From Clostridiales bacterium (GTDB lineage Bacteria > Bacillota > Clostridia > Christensenellales > UBA3700), in NCBI GenBank assembly GCA_014799645.1, contig JAAVHQ010000001.1, positions 30,009 through 62,930 on the forward strand: DNA of 32,922 bases, in the 5' to 3' direction. The position numbers and the translations under genes were made by a program. The notes beneath the pieces were generated by a model. That model made no database searches, was not told the origin of the DNA, and saw only the letters and a list, made by a program, of their open reading frames with translations. Positions 1 through 8,920 of this stretch are shown here, piece after piece (position 1 is the first letter of the stretch; every line of letters begins with the position of its first letter).

Positions 1-423
1 CTTATTGTCTTTTAACGATTTTTACTGATTGTTACTAATTTTTATTTCAAGTCTCTCAATCAGTCTGATGCCTACCGATATTGGCTGATATATATTTATC
101 GTTATTGACATCTATTTTCCTAAAATCGAACACGAATTCGACACCAAACCCATTAATTCTTTTGTTTCAGTAACATCTATTTTTCGTTATTAATTTCTAT
201 TGATTTTTAGTGATTTTTAACAAATAAAAATTCACGATCGTCTTTTGTAGAGTATGTTGTAAAATTTTGGCAGTTGTTCTACAAGGTTGAATATTTTGTA
301 GAGAGCGGATTTTTTCGCAAAAAACCGCTTAATTGCAGAAGATTCATTTCCTTTATTTTACTTCCAATGATTTGCATTTGCAATTAAAATCAATATTTCC
401 ATATCAAACGGAACGCTTTTCTA

Positions 424-452
424 TTGACAAACGTGAAATATTGTATTATAAT
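424..452 (+). promoter_or_regulatory. Sigma-A type promoter for the BREX operon
   Basis: TTGACA (424-429), 17-nt spacer, TATAAT (447-452); GGAGG Shine-Dalgarno (SD) at 471-475 before the TTG at 484. Confidence 0.85.
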
Positions 453-483
453 TAGCATGTAATATTATCCGGAGGCGAGTGGG

Positions 484-1086
484 TTGAATAAAAAAGTATA
501 TTCATCTTCTATAAAAAAGACACCGTTCAAATATGCTACTTCAAAGAAGATTGCGAAATTAATATTAGATGGATGTGGAAGGCAGGAAGTCTTTGATAAA
601 TGTTATACAGAGAACTATATAGAGATTGAGTCATCGGACCGTCGTAAAGAAATAACAAATGTAGTGTATTCTAGGTTGATTCACATTGACGAATTTTTAT
701 TAAAGCAATTTTATGAAAGTGATGTAGAAACGTCAAAGTTTATTCTAGTATATGCAATAGCAAAGAGTGATGAATTATTCTTTGATTTTATGTTCGAGAT
801 TTATCGAGAAGCGTTATTGGGTAATAAAGATTATATTTCCATTGACGATTTTGATAATTTCTTTGCGGTTAAAAAGGAAACCGATTTAATTGTGGCAACA
901 TGGGGATATTTCACAATTGATCAGTTGGCAAAAGGTTATAGGAATATTCTGGTCGAGTCAGGAATGGGTGTGAGAGATAGGAGAAGTATAAAAGTAACTA
1001 AACTTATGGTACATCCATTAGTGCAAGATTATATTAAGCAAATCGGAGATTCAGAATATCTAAAAGCGTTGTTAGGAGAAAACTAA
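484..1086 (+). CDS. brxA: BREX protein BrxA (DUF1819-like)
   Basis: 200 aa, first gene before brxB and brxC; size, position and the LFFDFMFEIYRE / W...TIDQL...YRNILVESG segments fit BrxA. Confidence 0.85.
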   Translation: MNKKVYSSSIKKTPFKYATSKKIAKLILDGCGRQEVFDKCYTENYIEIESSDRRKEITNVVYSRLIHIDEFLLKQFYESDVETSKFILVYAIAKSDELFFDFMFEIYREALLGNKDYISIDDFDNFFAVKKETDLIVATWGYFTIDQLAKGYRNILVESGMGVRDRRSIKVTKLMVHPLVQDYIKQIGDSEYLKALLGEN

Positions 1087-1087
1087 A

Positions 1088-1693
1088 ATGGCGGAAAGAA
1101 GTTTAAATGATAGATTTGTTGAGCTTGAAGATAGAATGATAAGTGTAGAGGCTTTAACACGTTATGGCACGGCAAATGACTTGAAGTTTTACATATTTGA
1201 TTATAATCCAAAAGATGAGCTTGTAGTTCGAAAAGAGGTTAAGAAGTTAAAAGAGCGAAATCCTAACATAATAGAATTTGATCTTTATGATATGATGATG
1301 CAGATTATCGATGATGAAGGATATATGGAAGATATAATCCGCATGGAGCAAGAGTATGATAGAAAATTATTATTGTCTGAAATTTTTCAACCATTGTTAT
1401 CGGTAGAAGAGGCAGATAATCGATTATTGGAAATGTTTATTGATAGAGCCGAGGATAACGGAGATAAAATAGTTCTTATAACAGGTATTGGGAAATCCTA
1501 TCCCGTAATAAGAAGCCACACTATATTAAATAATTTGCAGAGCATATTTAGACGTAATCCTGTTGTGATGATGTATCCTGGCAGGTTCGAGATAAAGAAT
1601 TTAATGACATTGAGGCTGTTTGAACGGCTTGATGATGACAATTATTACAGAGCATTCCCACTAGTGGAAAGGAGGAAAGGAAATGATTATTAA
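1088..1693 (+). CDS. brxB: BREX protein BrxB (DUF1788)
   Basis: Motifs FYIFDYNPKDE, ITGIGKSYPVIRSHTILNNL, MMYPG and NYYRAF. Confidence 0.92.
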   Translation: MAERSLNDRFVELEDRMISVEALTRYGTANDLKFYIFDYNPKDELVVRKEVKKLKERNPNIIEFDLYDMMMQIIDDEGYMEDIIRMEQEYDRKLLLSEIFQPLLSVEEADNRLLEMFIDRAEDNGDKIVLITGIGKSYPVIRSHTILNNLQSIFRRNPVVMMYPGRFEIKNLMTLRLFERLDDDNYYRAFPLVERRKGNDY

Positions 1694-4600
1694 GGATTTA
1701 TTTAAGAAGGAGATCGATAGAAGCATTCAAGGTGTCGTTACCATTGGTAATGAGGATGAATGCCAAAAATTGCAGGAGCTTGAGGAGTATGTTTGCACCG
1801 ATGAGATAACGAAGTCTTTCCGTACTTTTTTCCGCAAATATAGGGAATCAATTTCTGTTCCAACGGAGAAAATAGGTGTTTGGATAACAGGCTTTTTTGG
1901 TTCTGGTAAGTCACACTTTTTGAAAATACTTGGATATATTCTTGAAAATGAGCTAGTTGTGGGTAATGAAGCGGTAAATTATTTTGAAGAAAAAATACAA
2001 GATCAAATGATTCTTGCCGACATAAAGCAATGTGCTAAAGCTAATAATAAAGTAGTTCTTTTTAATATCGATTCAAAGGCAAAATCAGATTCAAAGAATC
2101 GTTCGCAAGCTATTATGGATATTATGTTGCGCGCCTTTAATGAATCAGTTGGATACTGTGGATCTTCCCCGTGGGTTGCGGATATGGAAAGAACCTTAGA
2201 TAGTGAGAATTTACTGGAAGCGTTCATTAATAAATTTGAGGAATTGTCGGGCAGGAATTGGAGACAAACACGCGCCAAAGCTTTACTTAATCGGGATTAT
2301 ATCATCAAATCTCTTGTTGTGGCTCGTGGCATGAGCGAAGATAGTGCCAAAGATTTTGTTGACGATCAGATGAGACATTTTACAAACACAACAGAGGACT
2401 TTGCAAAAATAGTAAATGACTATTGCAAAAAGAACAAAAAGCGTGTTGTGTTTCTTATGGATGAGGTTGGGCAATTTATCGGAACAAATGGCGAACTTAT
2501 GCTTAACCTACAAACTTGTGTAGAAGATTTAGGCAAATATTGTCGTGGACAAGCATGGGTAGTCGTTACTTCTCAGCAAGAGCTGAAGGCAATGATTGAA
2601 AGTACAAAAGCAAAGCAAAACGATTTCTCGAAGATTCAAGGTCGTTTTGATATACGCCTTTTGTTAAGCGGATCAAATGCGGACGAAGTTATCAAGAAAA
2701 GAATACTAGAGAAAAAGGATATAGCAGTTACGCCTCTTAAGACACTATATGAAACTATCGGAAGCAAGATATCAAATCTTATTCTTTTTGATGGCAGACC
2801 GACTTGGAGTGGGTATGCAGATGCTGAGGAATTCAAGGACGTATATCCGTTTGTTTCGTATCAATTTGAATTATTGCAAAAAGTTTTCGAATCGATACGT
2901 GAGCACGGTATGAGTGAGGGAAAACATCTTTCACAAAATGAGCGTTCGCTTTTGAGTGCTTTTCAAGAATCAGCAAAGAAAATTGCAGATTATGAAACGG
3001 GGATATTAGTCCCATTTGACAGTTTCTATCAAACCATAGAACAGTTTATAGACTACGATATAAAAACAGTATTCTCCAATGCTGAGCGCCGTACAAGTCT
3101 TGATAAATTTGCTATTAGAGTTTTGCGTGTTCTTTTTATGATAAAGCACGTGAAAGAAATGCCGGCAACTATCAATAGACTTGCTACTTTAATGGTTGAA
3201 AGTGTAAACGAAGATAAGGCTGCATTAAAAAATCGTATTTATGAGGCGTTAAAGTTACTAGAAGAAGAAACATTAATACAACGCAATGGAGAAGTATACG
3301 ATTTCTTGACTAACGCAGAGCAGGACGTAAATAAGCAAATTAACAATATGCCCCATAATGAAGGAGATGTGCAAAGAAGCATTCTCGATATTGTATATGA
3401 TAGAGTGCTTGATAATAATAAACTGCGTTATGAAAACCGCTATGATTTTTCTTTGAATCGTATAGTAGATCAAGAGTCTAAAGGTTCATTCAGCCAAGAT
3501 AGTATCACTCTAAAAATCTTTACAAATTTTTCGGATCTGCATGATGAGGCTACTTTTGCAGCCGAATCAGCAAGAACAAATGCTGTGGTAGTTGATATGA
3601 CGGCAGGAACGTATATTGATGAATTGATTCGCGCTAATAAAATTAATATATTTAAACGTAATAATAGCGCATCAATGTCTGCTGCAATGACTGAGATAAT
3701 GAGCAAGAAATCCGCTGAGTATTCCGAGAGAATGAAACGCGCTGAAGATATAATCAGGCAAGTTCTTCGTACAGCTCCTATTTATTTGAATGGTAATAAA
3801 CTTGATATTAAAGAAAAAGATGGAAGAGATAGATTGACAGATGCATTGAAAGAAATGGTCAAGCAAGATTATTATAAGCTTGGACTTGTTTCTTATTTCT
3901 ATAACGATTCGAGAGCAGTATTTGAGGTTCTGGATGATAATATGGAAACAATGTTGGGTAGTGATTTTACGCATGACTCAAATGCTGCTGCATACTCTGA
4001 GATATTCGAGAAGATAAAAAATGATAAGTCCCTAGGTAGAAGAATTACAGTCAAGGGTTTGTTGGATTTCTTTTCTAAGAAGCCTTATGGATGGCGTGAA
4101 ATTGATGTTTTAGGTATGATTGCAACGCTTTGGAAAAAGAGCGCATTACAGATTGTAATACATGAAAATTTGGTTGACGCGAACAACCGTATGTTCAAGA
4201 ACGACTTCTCGCGTAAAAATGGCATTGATACTATGGTTATTAGAATTCAGGAAAAGATTGATGATAATATCCTTTATCAAGTCAAGAAGATAATGCTTGA
4301 TACATATGCCGAGAATTTGCCAATTGAAGAAAAGAAATTGAAAGAAGGTATTGTAAGTTTCTTTGAGCGTAAGCGTGATTTCCTATCTAATCTCAAGGTA
4401 AAGTATGGAGTTGAATATGCAGGCAGTAGAGTAGTTGCTGAAATATATCGAGATTTTGAATCTATTTTACGCTCGACAGACACAATTACGATATTCAACG
4501 AAATCATTTCTCGAAAAGATAGATTGTCTAATCACGCAGAAGAATTAGAGCAATTAGAGAGTTTCTATAAAGAAGGAAGCAATCAACAGCAAAATTATAA

Positions 4601-5219
4601 AGATGCAACATTGATTGCCGATTGGTATCGCGATAACTATATGCTGAATGATTTATCAAATTTATCCGAAGTTATTGATAAGATTAACGAGATACTAGCA
4701 CTCGAAATGCCATTTTCGAAGATGACCGAACTTGCGAATCTTGTTTTTAAGGCAAGAGAAATAAAAGAAACAATTCTTGCAGAAAAGTGTAAGCGAACTA
4801 AAAAGAGTTTGGAAACCGATAGAGATGCAGTCAACAAAGAGATGCGTGAGGCACTTGAACTCGAACTTACTGCTGAGCAAAAGAAAAGAATTGAAGATAA
4901 GGCAGAAGAATTGAATAAAACATATGACTCTTGGTTGGGGAATTTGCTTCCCAATACACCAAATATGGAGGCATACATCACATCTAGCCAGAATGCGCTT
5001 TCGAGATTTAAGGAATTTATTTCAATAATCATTACAGAAAAACGCGCTGGTGTGGAATCTACAAAATCTATTCGTAGCAAACGTGTAAAGGTAATTGAAT
5101 GTGTTCCTGTGGCTAATAAAAAAATAAAGACTAAAGATGACATAGAAAAGGTCGTAGCAACTATTAGGGAAATATTGCTTTCCGAACTCGTCGATAACGA
5201 TGAAATCAACCTTGACTGA
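1683..5219 (+). CDS. brxC: BREX P-loop ATPase BrxC
   Basis: 1178 aa; Walker A GFFGSGKSHFLK, Walker B FLMDEVGQF, FSKIQGRF. Confidence 0.95.
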   Translation: MIIKDLFKKEIDRSIQGVVTIGNEDECQKLQELEEYVCTDEITKSFRTFFRKYRESISVPTEKIGVWITGFFGSGKSHFLKILGYILENELVVGNEAVNYFEEKIQDQMILADIKQCAKANNKVVLFNIDSKAKSDSKNRSQAIMDIMLRAFNESVGYCGSSPWVADMERTLDSENLLEAFINKFEELSGRNWRQTRAKALLNRDYIIKSLVVARGMSEDSAKDFVDDQMRHFTNTTEDFAKIVNDYCKKNKKRVVFLMDEVGQFIGTNGELMLNLQTCVEDLGKYCRGQAWVVVTSQQELKAMIESTKAKQNDFSKIQGRFDIRLLLSGSNADEVIKKRILEKKDIAVTPLKTLYETIGSKISNLILFDGRPTWSGYADAEEFKDVYPFVSYQFELLQKVFESIREHGMSEGKHLSQNERSLLSAFQESAKKIADYETGILVPFDSFYQTIEQFIDYDIKTVFSNAERRTSLDKFAIRVLRVLFMIKHVKEMPATINRLATLMVESVNEDKAALKNRIYEALKLLEEETLIQRNGEVYDFLTNAEQDVNKQINNMPHNEGDVQRSILDIVYDRVLDNNKLRYENRYDFSLNRIVDQESKGSFSQDSITLKIFTNFSDLHDEATFAAESARTNAVVVDMTAGTYIDELIRANKINIFKRNNSASMSAAMTEIMSKKSAEYSERMKRAEDIIRQVLRTAPIYLNGNKLDIKEKDGRDRLTDALKEMVKQDYYKLGLVSYFYNDSRAVFEVLDDNMETMLGSDFTHDSNAAAYSEIFEKIKNDKSLGRRITVKGLLDFFSKKPYGWREIDVLGMIATLWKKSALQIVIHENLVDANNRMFKNDFSRKNGIDTMVIRIQEKIDDNILYQVKKIMLDTYAENLPIEEKKLKEGIVSFFERKRDFLSNLKVKYGVEYAGSRVVAEIYRDFESILRSTDTITIFNEIISRKDRLSNHAEELEQLESFYKEGSNQQQNYKDATLIADWYRDNYMLNDLSNLSEVIDKINEILALEMPFSKMTELANLVFKAREIKETILAEKCKRTKKSLETDRDAVNKEMREALELELTAEQKKRIEDKAEELNKTYDSWLGNLLPNTPNMEAYITSSQNALSRFKEFISIIITEKRAGVESTKSIRSKRVKVIECVPVANKKIKTKDDIEKVVATIREILLSELVDNDEINLD

Positions 5220-5230
5220 TAGGAGTATAT

Positions 5231-7120
5231 ATGGATAAAAGAGCATTACAACTTTATGCAATGTGGGCAAAGGATAATTTGGAAAAACAAGTAGAAGTTT
5301 CCTTAAAGATGATTGGTATCAATGGGGACACAGATATCAAAGAATCAAGAGTCATAGGAGATTATACTGTTATTGAGAATGATCCTATTTCATATCCTAA
5401 AGAATTGCATAGTAAGCGTCAAATGATAGTCGAACTTATTAAGAGTGATGGATATAAAACTACAATAGAGGAGTTTGCATATACGTGGTTTAATCGTTTT
5501 GTGTCTTTACGCTTTATGGAGGTACATGACTTTTTGCCGCATGGTTTCCGATTGCTTTCTTCACGAGAGGGTAGTATAGAGCCTGAAATATTAAAGAATC
5601 TTCCGTTTGTAAAAGACGACCTGGAACTTGATTTAACACAATGCGAGAAACTTAAAGCCACAGGAATTGAGGATCTATATAGATATGTGCTATTCCGTCA
5701 ATGCAAGGCATTATCGGGAATATTACCAATGTTATTCGAAGCAGATAATGATTGCTTAGAATTATTATTACCTAAGACGCTTTTACTTGGCGATACAGTG
5801 ATTACAAAACTTGTGGCACTTGGAGAAGATGTGTTCCTCGAAGATATAGAAGTAATTGGTTGGCTGTATCAATTTTATATATCTGCGAAAAAAGACGCTG
5901 TTTATAAAGAAAAGAAGACAATAACAAAAGATACGTTGCCAGCCGTTACGCAGTTGTTCACACCGGATTGGATTGTGCGTTATATGGCAGAAAACTCATT
6001 GGGGAGGCTCTGGTTAGAAAGTTATCCAGCATCCCCATTGCGCAATGAGATGAAGTATTTTGTTCCTGAGGCTGTTCAGCCAGAAGAGGTGCAGCGCAAA
6101 ATTGATTCAGTAAAATATACATCGGTAAATCCAGAAGATATCAAGATAATTGAGCCGTGTTGTGGCTCTGGGCATATCCTTGTATATGTATTTGATTTAT
6201 TATATAAAATTTATGAAGAGAAAGGTTATCAAAAGCGTGATATACCTACGTTAATATTATCCAAAAACATATGTGGTCTCGATGTTGATAAACGCGCATC
6301 GCAGCTTGCAGCATTTTCGCTTGTAATGAAGGCGAGAAGTGTTAATCCTCGGTTTTTTAACTCTAATTATTATGTAAAGCCACAAGTATACGAAATATGG
6401 GATTCTCGTGTACTACATAGAATGAGATATAAGAAATTATTAGAAGAGACAAATCTTCTTTCGGCTGAGCAGATAGAGGATATTGAGTATTTGGCAGAAC
6501 AATTCCGTTATGCTAAAACGATAGGCTCATTACTCAAGATAAAACAAATGAATTGGGACCGCATAGATAACACAATAAATATACTTGAGCAAAAAGTAGT
6601 TTACAACGTGTTTAATCTAGAATTGTTGAATATAGCAATTCCACTTATTAAAAGGCTTGTAGTGCAGGCAAAAATACTTGCAAATAAATATGACGTTATG
6701 ATTACGAACCCGCCATATATAGGTATATCATCAATGGAATCGCAAGTGAAAGACTATGCTGTAACGTTTTATCCAAACAGCAAAACTGATATGTTTGCTA
6801 TGTTTATGGAGACAGAGTTTGTAAAACCAAATGGGTTCTGCGCTATGATAAATATGCACAGCTGGATGTTCCTTTCAAGTTATGAGAATTTGCGCAAGTC
6901 AATTTTGATGACAAAAGAAATAGTAACTATGGCTCATCTGGGTGCAAGGGCGTTTGAGACAATAGGTGGCGAGGTTGTTCAAACGACAACATTTGTAATA
7001 CGCAATGGAAACTTTGGCGGTAACGGAGTTTATTTCAGACTAGTGGATAGCAGTGATAAGGAGAATGATTTCCTTAAAACCCTTAGAAATGCGGGGGGTG
7101 GGGGTACTCTACATAGTTAG
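5231..7120 (+). CDS. pglX: PglX (BrxX) adenine methyltransferase, N-terminal and catalytic part of a split gene
   Basis: AYTWFNR, TQLFTPDWIVRYM, motif I EPCCGSG, motif IV NPPY; stops five codons after the G-tract, at the start of the TRD. Confidence 0.92.
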   Translation: MDKRALQLYAMWAKDNLEKQVEVSLKMIGINGDTDIKESRVIGDYTVIENDPISYPKELHSKRQMIVELIKSDGYKTTIEEFAYTWFNRFVSLRFMEVHDFLPHGFRLLSSREGSIEPEILKNLPFVKDDLELDLTQCEKLKATGIEDLYRYVLFRQCKALSGILPMLFEADNDCLELLLPKTLLLGDTVITKLVALGEDVFLEDIEVIGWLYQFYISAKKDAVYKEKKTITKDTLPAVTQLFTPDWIVRYMAENSLGRLWLESYPASPLRNEMKYFVPEAVQPEEVQRKIDSVKYTSVNPEDIKIIEPCCGSGHILVYVFDLLYKIYEEKGYQKRDIPTLILSKNICGLDVDKRASQLAAFSLVMKARSVNPRFFNSNYYVKPQVYEIWDSRVLHRMRYKKLLEETNLLSAEQIEDIEYLAEQFRYAKTIGSLLKIKQMNWDRIDNTINILEQKVVYNVFNLELLNIAIPLIKRLVVQAKILANKYDVMITNPPYIGISSMESQVKDYAVTFYPNSKTDMFAMFMETEFVKPNGFCAMINMHSWMFLSSYENLRKSILMTKEIVTMAHLGARAFETIGGEVVQTTTFVIRNGNFGGNGVYFRLVDSSDKENDFLKTLRNAGGGGTLHS

Positions 7121-7823
7121 TGCAGAGGTATTCTTTTCTATTCCTAGTAACTTAATTATTTATTGGTTGAGCAATGCTATAATCGAAGTTTTTGGGAAGA
7201 GTAAAACATTGTCATCAATAGCAACTCCAAAACAGGGATTAGCTACTGGTAAAAATGATTTGTTTGTTAGATTATGGCATGAGGTCAAGACTGAAAAACT
7301 TTGCCTGGATGCAACGGACTCTATTCAAGCAGTATCTACTGGGAAGAAATGGTTTCCTTATAACAAGGGCGGGGCATATAGGAAATGGTATGGGAATAAT
7401 GATTGCATTATAAACTGGGAAGCAAATGGTCGAGCGATCAGTAATTATTCTGGATCAGTTATAAGAAATCCAAATTACTATTTCTTTGAGTCAATCTCAT
7501 GGTCCAAGATTGCAAGTGGTCCAATTGCATTTAGATATAAGCCTAATGGACACATATTTGATGTAGCAGGATGCAGTATATTTTGCGAACATTCTCAATT
7601 GGAGTATTTGTTAGGAGCAGTAAACTCTAATGTTATAATGAATATCATAAAATCAACTGCGCCTACACTTAATTATGAGGTTGGTCAAGTAGCAAATATC
7701 CCTATTATTTTCGAGAACGAAAATGCAGTTCGCGAAGTAGTGGACAAAAATATAAAAATAAGTAAAGCGGATTGGGATTCTTTTGAAGAGTCATGGGGCT
7801 TTGGAAAGCATCCACTAATATAA
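7053..7823 (+). CDS. pglX: PglX target-recognition cassette 1, in the +1 frame relative to the methyltransferase ORF (PglX homology begins near 7100)
   Basis: QGLATG..FVRLWHEV, KWFPYNKGGAYRKWYGN, DWDSFEESWGFGKHPLI*; no well-spaced SD for its candidate starts. Confidence 0.85.
   Translation: MIRRMISLKPLEMRGVGVLYIVSAEVFFSIPSNLIIYWLSNAIIEVFGKSKTLSSIATPKQGLATGKNDLFVRLWHEVKTEKLCLDATDSIQAVSTGKKWFPYNKGGAYRKWYGNNDCIINWEANGRAISNYSGSVIRNPNYYFFESISWSKIASGPIAFRYKPNGHIFDVAGCSIFCEHSQLEYLLGAVNSNVIMNIIKSTAPTLNYEVGQVANIPIIFENENAVREVVDKNIKISKADWDSFEESWGFGKHPLI
7093..7104 (+). repeat. Interrupted poly-G tract (G6-T-G5) at the PglX methyltransferase/TRD1 frame junction
   Basis: GGGGGGTGGGGG in AT-rich DNA; losing one base puts 5231 in frame with the ORF ending at 7823. 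Confidence 0.8.
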
Positions 7824-7826
7824 CAG

Positions 7827-7863
7827 CAGGAGGATTATTATTCTCCTGAAAACAGGAGAGAAT
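7827..7863 (+). promoter_or_regulatory. Two alternative hairpins controlling access to the SD of TRD cassette 2
   Basis: ATTCTCCTG (7840-7848) can pair with CAGGAGGAT (7827-7835) or with CAGGAGA (7853-7859), which contains the SD. Confidence 0.6.
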
Positions 7864-8592
7864 ATGCCAAATTTGAAATATGAAACAAAGATGGACACTT
7901 ATAGTAAATTACCGGGTAATCCTATAGCCTATTGGATTGGATTAGACCTAATTAAATGTTTTGAGGAAGGTAAGAGATTTGATTCGTTTGGAGAGCCTAA
8001 GTCTGGGGTTATGACAGGTGATGATAATAAGTTTATTCGCCTTTGGTTTGAACCAATTTCTAAAAAAATTGGGTTCGGTCTTAAGAATGCGATAGAAATG
8101 AAAGAATCTATGAAGAAATGGTTTCCAGTAACGCGTGGTGGATCATATAGGAAGTGGTTCGGTAATCTTGAAGAAATAGTAAATCTAGAAAATGGTGGTT
8201 ATGCTATAAAGAATAATGGCAAGAATTATCGTCTAAGAGATGAAAAGTATTATATGCAAGAAGGACTGACTTGGACAATGATTACGACTACCAATTTATC
8301 TGTACGTATAGCTGAAGCTGGCGTATTATTTGGTAATGGAGGCCCAACAACATTTGTTAAAGAAAAAGAGTATTATTTGCTAGGATTGTTAAATAGTAAA
8401 GTCGTTAATGCAATCGTAAGTGTACTTAATCCTACGATGAATATTGTCATTAGCGACATCTGTTCAATTCCCGTTATTTTTAACAGGGTTGAGCCAGTTG
8501 AAACTATAGTTGCTAATAATCTTGTAATATCAAAATACGATTGGAATGCTTTTGAGACCTCATGGGATTTTAAAAGGCATCCATTAATTTGA
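7864..8592 (+). CDS. pglX: PglX target-recognition cassette 2, a stand-alone ORF
   Basis: Own SD AGGAG and ATG; LPGNPIAYW, KWFPVTRGGSYRKWFGN, DWNAFETSWDFKRHPLI*. Confidence 0.88.
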   Translation: MPNLKYETKMDTYSKLPGNPIAYWIGLDLIKCFEEGKRFDSFGEPKSGVMTGDDNKFIRLWFEPISKKIGFGLKNAIEMKESMKKWFPVTRGGSYRKWFGNLEEIVNLENGGYAIKNNGKNYRLRDEKYYMQEGLTWTMITTTNLSVRIAEAGVLFGNGGPTTFVKEKEYYLLGLLNSKVVNAIVSVLNPTMNIVISDICSIPVIFNRVEPVETIVANNLVISKYDWNAFETSWDFKRHPLI

Positions 8593-8599
8593 GGTAATT

Positions 8600-8920
8600 A
8601 TGATAAGAGTTGTTTTAAAGAGTAAAAAAGAATTACACTATGCCGAGGCAATCATAGATGACAAAGAAACTTTAGTACTAAAAGGTGCAAAGATTAATTT
8701 AATTGAATCTTTTCCGCAAATGTCTCAAGCATTGATTCTATTGCGCAGAGATAGAATGTTAGTATCAGAGGATGGGGTATTGCTCAAAGATATAAAATTT
8801 ACTAGTCCAAGTACAGCTGCGCAGTTTGTTACTGGTAGAAGTGTAAACGGTTATATTGCTTGGCGCCCTAATGACGAAATAAGCCTTAAAGAATATCTTG
8901 GGAAAAGGAGAGAAATTTGA
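8600..8920 (+). CDS. DUF4357 / RAMA-like domain protein
   Basis: Signature DIKFTSPSTAAQFVTGRSVNGYIAW. Confidence 0.8.
   Translation: MIRVVLKSKKELHYAEAIIDDKETLVLKGAKINLIESFPQMSQALILLRRDRMLVSEDGVLLKDIKFTSPSTAAQFVTGRSVNGYIAWRPNDEISLKEYLGKRREI

Noticed and set aside
22-111. Short minus-strand ORF MSITINIYQ... (29 aa)
   Set aside because: Very short, weak SD, no recognisable motif
7053-8592. Recombinase-driven shufflon or inversion of pglX cassettes
   Set aside because: The cassettes are co-oriented, share only patchy coding similarity with no long identical repeats by eye, and have no adjacent recombinase; a dot plot would confirm
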